A stretch of DNA of 64,000 bases from an uncultured Nitrososphaeraceae archaeon (lineage in GTDB: Archaea > Thermoproteota > Nitrososphaeria > Nitrososphaerales > Nitrososphaeraceae): NCBI GenBank assembly GCA_963837175.1, contig CAWIMJ010000012.1, forward strand, positions 32,001 to 96,000, given 5' to 3'. Under the pieces are notes generated by a model that saw only the letters and a list, made by a program, of their open reading frames with translations, ran no database searches and was not told where the DNA came from. A program made the position numbers and the translations under genes. Each line of letters starts with the position of its first letter. The first letter of the stretch is position 1. Of the stretch, positions 43,948 through 54,168 are shown piece by piece.

Positions 43948-44248
43948 TAAACATTTAAATACATATACATAAGACAGTAGTTTTTTTATTTTGTATTCTG
44001 ATTGCGTGACAGTCTTTTTTAATATTTATATTTATATATTATATAGCGGTATAGTCCATTCATATTTGCAACAATTGCTTTTATTTGAAATACTAGATTG
44101 CTTAAATTATTGCTAAGCATATATATCTTGATCATATCTGAGACATTGTCTGTTTGTATCATCGCATCGGAAATTCCTTTCTAGATGTAGTAACATATCA
44201 ATCGAATGACAATTTATTTAAGCAATAAAAGCTACTTGTATAGATATC

Positions 44249-44371
44249 ATGTGCTTCGATTACGAAATCCCAGAAAAGCAGAAAATAAAGAACAGAAAGT
44301 TAGAGGAAGAAAGTATTGAAGTCGAACCAGAACTTGAAAAAGAAGAACGACCATTAATGGCTTCTGCTTAA
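44249..44371 (+). CDS. Small acidic protein (40 aa, not in ORF track)
   Basis: MCFDYEIPEKQKIKNRKLEEESIEVEPELEKEERPLMASA*; TTTATTAA about 30 nt upstream and a T-rich tract downstream. Confidence 0.6.
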   Translation: MCFDYEIPEKQKIKNRKLEEESIEVEPELEKEERPLMASA

Positions 44372-45207
44372 AATAAGATTACTTTTTCTAATAGTTGTAC
44401 ACAAAAAAGCAAACAAACCCTCTTTTTGTTTTTTTACACATCAGTCAAAGATCAACATTAAGAATACAAATTAGCCATCTTAGACATTAAAAATACCATT
44501 TTTAAGTAATCTTTAGTACGATACTAACTACTGATGCCTATATAGATTTAATTATGACAAATTCTAGTTATTTGGTATTAATTTTCATTCCAAATTATAA
44601 ATGTCTTCTATTAACTGGAGAAAGCAAAATCATTTTCTCAACAATCTGAGAATATTTTATCAAAATTTTCTATGTATGGATTGTACAAAATATATAAAAC
44701 AAAGAATCCATTCTTAGATGAGTTCAGATCTCTACTTTAGTATTTCACTATAACCAAGTGCCTCATCAATTTTAGTTAAGAGATGAAAGATTTGATGTTC
44801 TCATGTCAAGTAATTCAGTAAGTTTTATGGTACTTACTGATTCCATACTATTCTTGCTGCTTTTCAAATCATGATGCTTTTGTAGCCTACATCAATTTTG
44901 AAAAAAGCCATAAAATATGCTTGAGACTATTTATGCTATTTATGCACTTTAAGACAGATAGAAAAAAAGAGAGCAAAGGGATTATGCAGTGGGTATACTA
45001 CCTATCATCTTCTTCTACTGCTACAGATCGTATTAGTGTTTATCATACTCATTATTATTCTACTTTATTATTATTATTATTATTATTGCATTGTCTTGTG
45101 AACTTGACGTTATATCCTTCTATATTTAGACATTCTATGACAACCGTCCCAATAGATAGCGAAAAGTTATAATCAATAAAAGATACATAGAATACTATAG
45201 AAATACA

Positions 45208-45645
45208 ATGACTTATCAAACTTTAACAAGCTTCGGTCCTCTTCCGATCAGAATACTAGCAGGGATTTCCTTTATAGCACATGGTTTACCTAAATTTTCA
45301 GACATAGCAGGTACTGGAGGATTTTTTGCTAGTGTAGGACTTCCAGCTGAACTTGCTCTTCCAATAGGACTTCTAGAAGTAATTGGTGGTATTGCTCTCC
45401 TTGTAGGAGTATTAACAAGAATAACAGCAGGTCTATTTATAATAGAAATGATTGGCGCAATACTTAATGTCAAATTGTCAAAGGGTTATGTAGGAGGATA
45501 CGAGCTAGATCTACTGTTAATTGCAATATCAATCAGTCTCCTATTGACTGGCCCAGGAAGAGTATCTATAGAACGAGACTTGTTAAAGCGAGAATTAATT
45601 CCAAAAGGAAAGGACCTAGTGCTCCAGCAACAACAACAACAGTAG
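45208..45645 (+). CDS. DoxX family membrane protein
   Basis: RILAGISFIAHGLPKF, EVIGG...GVLTR, GGYELDL, GPGRVSIE. Confidence 0.92.
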   Translation: MTYQTLTSFGPLPIRILAGISFIAHGLPKFSDIAGTGGFFASVGLPAELALPIGLLEVIGGIALLVGVLTRITAGLFIIEMIGAILNVKLSKGYVGGYELDLLLIAISISLLLTGPGRVSIERDLLKRELIPKGKDLVLQQQQQQ

Positions 45646-46220
45646 AAGCAATAATACCAGCGAACTATGCATCGATTACTAATTATTTTTATTTTTAATT
45701 TTTATCCCGATGACTATTATTCTCTACCTAACTCCGAGAAAACAAAACTCTCATTTGACTTGTTTTACTACTATATTAATCAGGGCAGGCATAGTCGTCT
45801 CATAACGTAATCGGTAAAATAGTTTAACATCTGTTAGACATCATTACACATGATGATAGGTGACATTAAAATCTTCTACGCAGTAGATGGAGATAATTTT
45901 CACCTTGCGACCTAATAATATTAGTAAAATGTATGCGTTATTTGTTAATTACCTAATCTGGATCATATCACACGTGACTAATATGAGCAATCATTATTGA
46001 CCATTTTAGATACTGCACATATTTCACTTATCATTCACAAGATGATTTAATTAAGCGTAGATTAGCAGATAAAGGCTTTCCCACATTAATCGTCTCAGGG
46101 TATCCATTTCAAACTATCAGAACAATCAATCGAAGGCATGTAAAGAAATGGACTGACATTATAAAAATACGCTTAAAAAAACAAGTGATAATCTATGAAC
46201 TTGATTGATATGTCAATTCT

Positions 46221-47354
46221 TCAAAAGATAATCCTAAATTCTAACGGTATATCCTTTATTATTCCACAATGACTGAGATAAATTTTGTTAAAGTATTTAA
46301 TTCCTGTCTGGATAGATATTTTGTAGAGAGATGCATGTTTTATAATGCCAAATCCTACAATATCATTTCTAAGTCCTAATCCTATAAACATGCCGTGAAG
46401 TCTGTATGGTGTTATTTGAGTCCATTTACCTAATTGTACAAAACCATGTATGTCTTTCAGTATTTTGGAATATGTTATTCCTTTGTATACAATTTTAATG
46501 CGCGTTATTCCTACAGTAACAATACGATGATTGTTATTATCTTTGCCATTAATATAACGAAGAAATTGATTTAACCTTCGCTGATTTCGTTCAATTCTGT
46601 TTTTTAGGGTTTTAGTGGGACCTTTATTATGTATAACGGGAGAAGAATATTTTGATCTGAAATTCTCGAATATAGCTTTCTCACCTAGACATATAACCAA
46701 ATCTGATCGCAACTTTTTTGCCATCTTTACTTTATAATTGATACCGTTATTCTGTATATAGCCATCAGTATTAATTATACATATATCACAATTAATTGTA
46801 ATTTTTTTAACAATTCGTTTGATGGCATTAATTGTGACATTTTCAAATCCTACTGGGCTAGTATTTCCAATAAATTCGAAGAATTGTGCCTCTATATTTC
46901 TGAGGTCCGTTATCGGCTTTTCAATTATTGTCCCTCCTATTGCAGCAGGTGGAGCCAGATCTCCTTGTCCCATGTCTGCATCAATAACTGCTGGTTTATG
47001 GCCTTTTTTAAGTGCCGAATTTACAATAAAAGTTGCAAGTGAGGACTTTCCTGTATCGATATCACCTAGCAATAATATTGTTCTAAATTTTTCAGTTAAA
47101 ATTTTGTTAACAATCTCCTTCCACATTGTTGTGCCAGCACTATATTGGTCCGCTATCCAACTTTCTCCACCTTGGTCTAAGGTTATGTTAATTTGGCAAT
47201 GTGAAGCAATCTCAAATGGCAAAATCTTACCATATCCCACTAATACATTGCTATCAGAGACATCTTTTCCTAAAACATAAGCAGTACCTACCAAAGTTAC
47301 TGAAGCAGGTCCTTTTACCATATAAATCCAAGGAGATATGCTATAGGCAAGCAA
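46221..47354 (-). CDS. Clp1/Grc3-family polynucleotide 5'-kinase
   Basis: Walker A GDIDTGKSS, IDADMGQGDLAPP, FIGNTSP, IINTDG, R...R lid motif. Confidence 0.9.
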   Translation of the reverse strand: MLAYSISPWIYMVKGPASVTLVGTAYVLGKDVSDSNVLVGYGKILPFEIASHCQINITLDQGGESWIADQYSAGTTMWKEIVNKILTEKFRTILLLGDIDTGKSSLATFIVNSALKKGHKPAVIDADMGQGDLAPPAAIGGTIIEKPITDLRNIEAQFFEFIGNTSPVGFENVTINAIKRIVKKITINCDICIINTDGYIQNNGINYKVKMAKKLRSDLVICLGEKAIFENFRSKYSSPVIHNKGPTKTLKNRIERNQRRLNQFLRYINGKDNNNHRIVTVGITRIKIVYKGITYSKILKDIHGFVQLGKWTQITPYRLHGMFIGLGLRNDIVGFGIIKHASLYKISIQTGIKYFNKIYLSHCGIIKDIPLEFRIIF

Positions 47355-47863
47355 GTTTTGTATGTATATATTTTGTGAAATAATTTAGAAAGATATCAGA
47401 TTAAAGTCAAAATTCCTTTGTTTCTTCTAAGAATCATAGGTAGATAGAGAGGATATATATACATACGATATTGATGACCAGACCTTGTAGAGTATTTAAC
47501 ATGCGCAGCAAAAAGATGAAAATTTAATAATATAGGGAAAATACGGAAATATTGCCTATCAACTAAAGCCATGATCTGTCTTTCTATCCTTTGAATTTGT
47601 GACCAGGTTCATATCTCTATTTATTGTCCATATTAGTCTTTTGGAACTCTCCAATTGTAAAACGACGTATTTTATATTTCTAATGGTTTATACATATATA
47701 CATTTACATTCAGAATTAAAGTGGCAGTATGAATTTAATCAATCGATGAAACTGGCAAAACTTGTCAGCTGTATTGGACATACCGTCTATGTACTAATAA
47801 TAAACGATTCATGTCGTCATTCACGATAAAATTGATTATAAAGAGAAACCTACAGATACTATA

Positions 47864-48667
47864 TTAGATCCTAAAAAGATTCTTTGCATTCCTAAACATT
47901 ACCAGCTCTCTTAGTTTGGAACTGAGCTCAAGGTTTTGAACAAAATTAAGATAAGAACTCATATTAGAAATAGGCCAATCTGTTCCATATAAAAGATAAT
48001 GGGGTTCACCAGCATAATTCAATAGTTCTATCACTTTGCTAACAATGTATTTTTTAGAATATGAAGTAAAACTGCCGAAAACTAATCCTGAAATATCGGC
48101 ATAGACATTCTTGTTCTTATACAGGATTTCCTGACAATCAAGTATATACGGATTTCCCAAATGACACATTACTATCTTTAAATCAGGATTATCAACAGCA
48201 ACATCATCTATATTCAACGGATGCGAAAATCTAATCTTACCTTTACTTGAAAACGTATCTCCAGTATGAATCATGACTGGAACTCCAAATTCTACACACA
48301 TATCATACACCCTTTGATATCTTTTATCAAATGGATAGTGATGTTCGTATCCACAATAAAGCTTGAAACCTTTAATGAAACCCTCTTTTAACCATTCTCT
48401 ACACTTTCGATAATCTTCATCAGTATGATTATCAATTGAAAATCCAGCAACAACTCCAAGATTATCATGTTTTTTTATAACATCAAGTATTTGAGCTGTC
48501 GAAGGTCTATCCTCATTAACTTCATAAGATGATAGAATAATAGAATAATCAATATTGTTAGTAATCATGACATCTAGCAATGCCGTTAATCTTTTCTCTA
48601 GTGAAAGTTTATTTGTATACTCGTAATGGTTAAGATGTACATGACAATCTATAATGATAGATATCAC
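47864..48667 (-). CDS. Amidohydrolase_2 family metallohydrolase
   Basis: IDCHVH, GFKLY, VMIHTG, MCHLGNP, YADISG, LYGTDWP. Confidence 0.92.
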   Translation of the reverse strand: MISIIIDCHVHLNHYEYTNKLSLEKRLTALLDVMITNNIDYSIILSSYEVNEDRPSTAQILDVIKKHDNLGVVAGFSIDNHTDEDYRKCREWLKEGFIKGFKLYCGYEHHYPFDKRYQRVYDMCVEFGVPVMIHTGDTFSSKGKIRFSHPLNIDDVAVDNPDLKIVMCHLGNPYILDCQEILYKNKNVYADISGLVFGSFTSYSKKYIVSKVIELLNYAGEPHYLLYGTDWPISNMSSYLNFVQNLELSSKLRELVMFRNAKNLFRI

Positions 48668-49320
48668 TACCGATATTTAGGATTTAACCATTCGATGAAA
48701 CTAGCGTAATTCAGTGAGGGGCTGTCATAGATATAATTAGGGAGTATTTTAATAAATCTAAAGCCATTCTTTAACTGAAATGAAAGAACAGGGTCTTTTA
48801 GTTTGCCATTTATTATCTTTTGCGCGTATTCCATAGCTGACATTTTATCTGCGTATTCACAATAGTGGACCAGTCTACCTCCACCTATTATTCTCCTTAA
48901 ATTTAATTTTATTGCCAAGTCCTTTCTTATATTATAAAGCATTGTTGCTATCCCACGACATCGAAAATTAGGGTGAGTTGAGATATCATCTGCATAAAGA
49001 CTATCACCTTTAGGATTATGGCTGGTGATCTTTGGATCTCCAGCAATGTCATACCATGTATGCTCAGCGTATTCAGGTTGTAATGATATTATTAAACTAC
49101 ATGCGGATGCAACTATTCTTTCATTTAATTCTGCACAAAACTGACCTTCAGGAAATATGCGTATATGATTTTCAAGAAAGGAGGGAGCCGATATCATCCC
49201 GGCAGCCACATCAGGAAACGATTCCTTTTGTAAAGCGACTATTTGAGAAATGTCTTTTTGCTGAGTATTTCTAATAATAATTGCTGGCTGCATATTATCC
49301 AAAGTTCTGACACTATCCAT
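48667..49320 (-). CDS. GNAT family N-acetyltransferase (YkwB-like)
   Basis: FPEGQFCAE, ISTHPNFRCRGIA, GGGRL, DPVLSFQLKNGF; overlaps the amidohydrolase start by 1 nt. Confidence 0.9.
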   Translation of the reverse strand: MDSVRTLDNMQPAIIIRNTQQKDISQIVALQKESFPDVAAGMISAPSFLENHIRIFPEGQFCAELNERIVASACSLIISLQPEYAEHTWYDIAGDPKITSHNPKGDSLYADDISTHPNFRCRGIATMLYNIRKDLAIKLNLRRIIGGGRLVHYCEYADKMSAMEYAQKIINGKLKDPVLSFQLKNGFRFIKILPNYIYDSPSLNYASFIEWLNPKYR

Positions 49321-49537
49321 AAATTCTCTGATATAAAAGGTATATCCAAAGGTCCCATAAATGAATCTTCAATTAAATATTGAAGACACATATCAAGTAG
49401 TGTTCTAACCTCTTTTTATCCTTCATTTTTCGAAGTCATTGGTCACTAATCTTCTCAATAACTTCTCTACTTATTCTAGAATCTTTTTGTTTATAGGATT
49501 AGATTTCCCTGAGTAGCAGAGGTATGTGTTTTTACCA

Positions 49538-50188
49538 TTAGGCAAACCATTTTAACCAAAACAAATCATTATCAGGAGCAGAATCGACAAGATAATCAGG
49601 CGGTTTATTTAAAAAAGTATTGTTAACTCTGATCATTGTGCAAACCATGTAATTAAATGATGATGGGTTGCCTATGAAATATGGATCAATAAATACTTCA
49701 ACTTTGTTCTTTGGCATATCGGAGATTTTTGATAAAGGGAGAGTATATGAATTTCCAGTGTTATTAAAAATAGCCAAGTTCCAACCTACTACTTCAAACT
49801 TAGAATGTATTGCAAAATTTGGAATTAGCACTGAATAATACTGATCTTTTCCTGAGATGGAATTTGTATAATATATTACCCAAATATATACAGTCTCGTA
49901 CTTTTCATTTCTATTAGCATCACCTGCAAGTTCTATAGATAAGAGCAATTTATTGTCACTAACCTTCTTTACATTAGCAGTAAGAATATCATGATAGCCC
50001 TTAATCTCAGGAATTACATTTGTTCTGTAAAGCCTAACAAGCGAAGGGTCATCTCTAGCATCTTTAATAATTTTGTTAGTCAGTAATGATGGGATTACAG
50101 TAATTGACGATAAAGTCGATACTATTAATGAAATTAATACTGCTGAGATAAATGCAATTACCATAATGACAATAATGACAGATTGCAT
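49538..50188 (-). CDS. Membrane-anchored hypothetical protein
   Basis: N-terminal TM helix, beta-rich domain ending PDYLVDSAPD. Confidence 0.65.
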   Translation of the reverse strand: MQSVIIVIMVIAFISAVLISLIVSTLSSITVIPSLLTNKIIKDARDDPSLVRLYRTNVIPEIKGYHDILTANVKKVSDNKLLLSIELAGDANRNEKYETVYIWVIYYTNSISGKDQYYSVLIPNFAIHSKFEVVGWNLAIFNNTGNSYTLPLSKISDMPKNKVEVFIDPYFIGNPSSFNYMVCTMIRVNNTFLNKPPDYLVDSAPDNDLFWLKWFA

Positions 50189-50316
50189 GTAAATGAGAAA
50201 AATAACTATTGTATAGATAAACTCTATTATAATTAGGTCCTGTCTATATGTTCAACTATTTATATGACATCTGAGAAATTACCTGAAGATACATTAGCAA
50301 AGTAGTGTCAAGGCGA

Positions 50317-50610
50317 TTAAACAGGGTATGCAAGTAATCCTTTTGTATGCGGTGAGTTTTCTGTTCTATTATTACTCTGCGAAAATAATTGGTCGCTATT
50401 TATAGTATTATTATCGATTAATCCTTCTGATAAATTTTTGGACCCACCTATAATATATTGTTTAGCCTTCTCGGCTATATTTTTTATTTCGGGAGAACTA
50501 TTAATTATTTTCTCTCCACCTTTGAAAACTCCTAAAACGAATGTTTGCCATCCTAAGCCTATAACGGATAAAATTAATACAGCTATTATTATCCATGTCA
50601 GTATCCCCAT
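50317..50610 (-). CDS. Small membrane-anchored protein
   Basis: MGILTWIIIAVLILSVIGLGWQTF..GVFKG. Confidence 0.7.
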   Translation of the reverse strand: MGILTWIIIAVLILSVIGLGWQTFVLGVFKGGEKIINSSPEIKNIAEKAKQYIIGGSKNLSEGLIDNNTINSDQLFSQSNNRTENSPHTKGLLAYPV

Positions 50611-51062
50611 AACTAAATAATATTGATTTTCCTTATTCTTTAAGATTATTAAGTATCATTATGAAATATCATTATAGTAGTTCCACTAGAACAAATTGCA
50701 ATCCATAGACAGGGTCAAATGCTAACACACTTATTCCTATGCCTAGTGAGTGAGTGATTGATCTGACAGGCCATACAAAGTTACTCTATGGTTAAAGCAG
50801 CAATCTCCTTTAGTTTTGTTATCGATCTGTGAGTGCTTGGTCTTTCTTTCCCATATCCACAATGATTTGTCTCTTAGTCATTCAATCAGTTGATACTGTT
50901 GTGGACCGTTTACTACTTGTTTCTGGCGTTAAGAATAACTATACACTATATATATTATAATTCTTCTTGAGATAATGTATTTTACTATAAACTCTTATTT
51001 TATAATTTACTTATAATATTATTGATCAAACTATTTGGTCATAGTAACAAATTGGCAGTCAT

Positions 51063-51551
51063 ATGAGTACAGCTGCACAGAAAATTGTCAATTTTTGGTA
51101 TAGGTATGAAAATCTAAATCTGAAGATAACTTTTATCTTGATCTCTTTACAATTACTTCATTTATACTGGCTTACTACCGACGTAGTTCTTCAGCGAATA
51201 TACGGAGAAAGCTTCCTTATATTTCCCAAGGCTTTTTTACCTGTCTTTGTAGTCATAGACTATATTGAAATTCCTGCATTGATCTCAGGAATAACCTTTT
51301 ATTCTCTAAGCATTTACAAACACCAAAAGGATTCATGGAAGAATTCTTTATTTCTTGCAATGCTCGCAGTACAAGTGGTTCATATATTCTGGATAACTGA
51401 TGAAATAGTATATGATACATTGTTTAAAACTCGCTTGGTGGAATTTCCTTTATATATTGCATGGATCGCGATACTTATTGATTATCTGGAGTTACCAGTT
51501 ATGGCTGACTTATTTTACAAAATCATCAAAGGTGAAAAAAAGTGGCGCTAG
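51063..51551 (+). CDS. 4-TM membrane protein
   Basis: Internal duplication (QLLHLYWLT...IDYIEIP / QVVHIFWIT...IDYLELP) with intramembrane His, Asp and Glu. Confidence 0.75.
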   Translation: MSTAAQKIVNFWYRYENLNLKITFILISLQLLHLYWLTTDVVLQRIYGESFLIFPKAFLPVFVVIDYIEIPALISGITFYSLSIYKHQKDSWKNSLFLAMLAVQVVHIFWITDEIVYDTLFKTRLVEFPLYIAWIAILIDYLELPVMADLFYKIIKGEKKWR

Positions 51552-52008
51552 GAATCTTGAGTGTATGTTTGCAGCAGGCGATTACAATTCCATTGGACTT
51601 GAACTAATGCTGGACCTTCAGTACCACTTGCAGTTAAGAAAATGTTTCTATATATTTATTTACCTGCTTACGTTGATATGCATGCTGCGACCACCATTGA
51701 GATCATAAATCCAAATGGTTGAAATCATAATACCCTTTATTATAGTTAATTTATTATGAACTCAGATTGATAATGGTTTTGACCGTACCAAATACACCAT
51801 TTAAAGGCTTTGTAAGCTTAGTAACTACGAGTCCACTTGAAAGAGATAATGGATGCACAAGAATTTTACAGGTAGCTTTGAAGCTGAAGATGAGAAATCC
51901 ACATCTGAAATGAAAAAAATTCTACAAGATAGCAATCAATTGAACTGTAAGAAAAGTATCTACATATACATTTTATGCAGATGATCTATAGATAACAATT
52001 GAATTACT

Positions 52009-52368
52009 ATGAGTGATGAAGAACTTCCACCTCCTTGGATAAGAGAGCAAGTATCGCGCTTACAACAAATTCAGCAGAATCTACAAGCAATTATGATGAA
52101 AAAACATCAAATTGAACAAGAGACTTCCGAGATAGAAAGAGTGATAGAAGAGATAAAAAAAATGGATGAAGATAATAAAGTATACAAAAATTACAATACT
52201 TTATGGATAAAGTCGAATAGAGAGAATATTTTAAGGGAACTTAAAGAAAAAAGAGATACATTAAATATAAGAATGGAGGTTGTTGAAAAACAAGAGAAAC
52301 GAGTCAGTGATAACTTAAAAGAAGTAGAGAATAAAATTATCAAAATGAGGACTTTAGATAATGACTAG
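52009..52368 (+). CDS. pfdB: Prefoldin beta subunit (divergent)
   Basis: PPWIREQVSRLQQIQQNLQAIMM...VYK...coiled coil; 119 aa. Confidence 0.8.
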   Translation: MSDEELPPPWIREQVSRLQQIQQNLQAIMMKKHQIEQETSEIERVIEEIKKMDEDNKVYKNYNTLWIKSNRENILRELKEKRDTLNIRMEVVEKQEKRVSDNLKEVENKIIKMRTLDND

Positions 52369-53171
52369 CTCAGTGATATGTTCAGATATCATTGCCTTTA
52401 TCGACAAATAGTCGAGAAGATTAAAAAGATGAATAAAATATACATATGGTTAATCTTCATGGTATAGTTTCATTGTATTCTCTTTATCCTCTCTGTATGA
52501 ATTTATAAAAATAATAAGAATATAAAATAATTCATTCACTTGTATCAACTACATTTCAAAAAGACGAAAGCATCCATATACAGAGAGAGAGCATACAACT
52601 TACTTTAAAAGACTAGTAAAGAACTGATAGTTCGTTATCAATTAAAATTATCTTTTCTAAAACATGTACATTTTATAGATCTGGAAAATTTTAATGTCAA
52701 AATAGAACTGTATGCATAGAATTACTGGAAAATTTGCTTATAGACGCACATGGTCGATAATACACAAAATATACTAATAGAACATTTCAATCAATTCATA
52801 ACACACTTCATTATCAGTATAGAATCTGTTCATTCAAAACGAGATGAAATTAAATGGAATAATAATATAAGTATCAGAGTAACAAAAAAAAGCAATGACT
52901 CTCTTAAATATAGTTGCAAGAGAAGATGATGATGATTATACTGATTATGATTTAGTTATTTTGTGTCTCTAGTCTGCGAAAAGGGTTAACAGAGTGATTA
53001 ATTCGGTTCAAACCATATTGAATTATTTATAAGCTTGTCTACTCATAGAAATCAGCCAGAGGTGGCATAATAATTAGGGAGTCATCATCTACTATTCTTT
53101 GCTTAGCTCTAAATTGCTATCGAAACCCAGGGCTAAATCACAAGTGAACTGATATGATGTATTAGTTCTAC

Positions 53172-53651
53172 TTAAGAATCAAAATCTTTAACTTCTAGAG
53201 TAATAAAGTCCGTCCAAACATTAATTCCAGTAAATATAAAAACCTGAAAGTGAAGATGAGGTAGATATGTATAACCAGTCATTCCAACCTTGGCTATCTC
53301 TTGGCCTTCACTAACATGTTGACCTACTTTTACCTTTGAACTACGATAGGCTAAGTGATTGTATCTTGAATACTCTCCATTAGAATGTCTAATTACAATA
53401 AAATTAGTATAATTCCAATAGGTTGGTTCAGGACCTCCAATATCAGAGTCATCTCTAATAAAGTCCACTATTCCATTGGCTGCAGCAATCACTGGTGTGT
53501 TTACAGGAACTATTAAATCAATTGCATTTCTGAGATTCCCTACGTGTGCTGGAGACGAAGTTCTATCGATACGTTCTAGAAAATCTTTTGGTACAGGGAG
53601 AATATATCTATTGATAGCTTTTCTCTCCAATTCTTCATCAAGAGTTCTCAA
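53172..53651 (-). CDS. M23 family metallopeptidase, catalytic domain only
   Basis: H...AID, TPVIAAANG, YNHL, VKVGQHV..GQEIAKVGMTG, PHLHFQV. Confidence 0.9.
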   Translation of the reverse strand: MRTLDEELERKAINRYILPVPKDFLERIDRTSSPAHVGNLRNAIDLIVPVNTPVIAAANGIVDFIRDDSDIGGPEPTYWNYTNFIVIRHSNGEYSRYNHLAYRSSKVKVGQHVSEGQEIAKVGMTGYTYLPHLHFQVFIFTGINVWTDFITLEVKDFDS

Positions 53652-54168
53652 ACTTTAATAGCCTTATATAAAGTTGAGGTAAAAAATGCATTCTTGAGTG
53701 CTACAACAAATTCGTGGTCCCCATGTACTCATAAGTCATAGCATATAGCATTAAAGCACTAGGAAAGTCAATCCACATCTATCCCCCAGTAGCTTCCTCT
53801 TGTATACAATATCCAAGATACAACTGCCATTGACAACTGTCGTCATAAATCAGATCATCAGCCAAAAATCTGGCTATAAGAATATAATTTTATAAAGAAA
53901 CCTACTGCCATTCTCACTATAGCAAACTGCCTACTATCTATTCAACTATCTGCTGCTAGCGATTAGCCATAAATTGTTCTAACTATCCATAAAATTTGTA
54001 GATATTGCATACAATTAAAACTTCCATCAATAACAGATTTATTTAAAAGACGATAATTCTTTGAAATATGTCTTGTCGAATTCCACTGCATCATAATTGA
54101 TGTTTTTGTTTATATATATTGCCGCATTGCTAGTTTAACAAGAGTACCAACACCGGGACGTGTGAAGC

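Noticed and set aside
44921-45172. 83-aa ORF with a poly-Leu run
   Set aside because: It arises from a TTA microsatellite and overlaps the DoxX promoter region.
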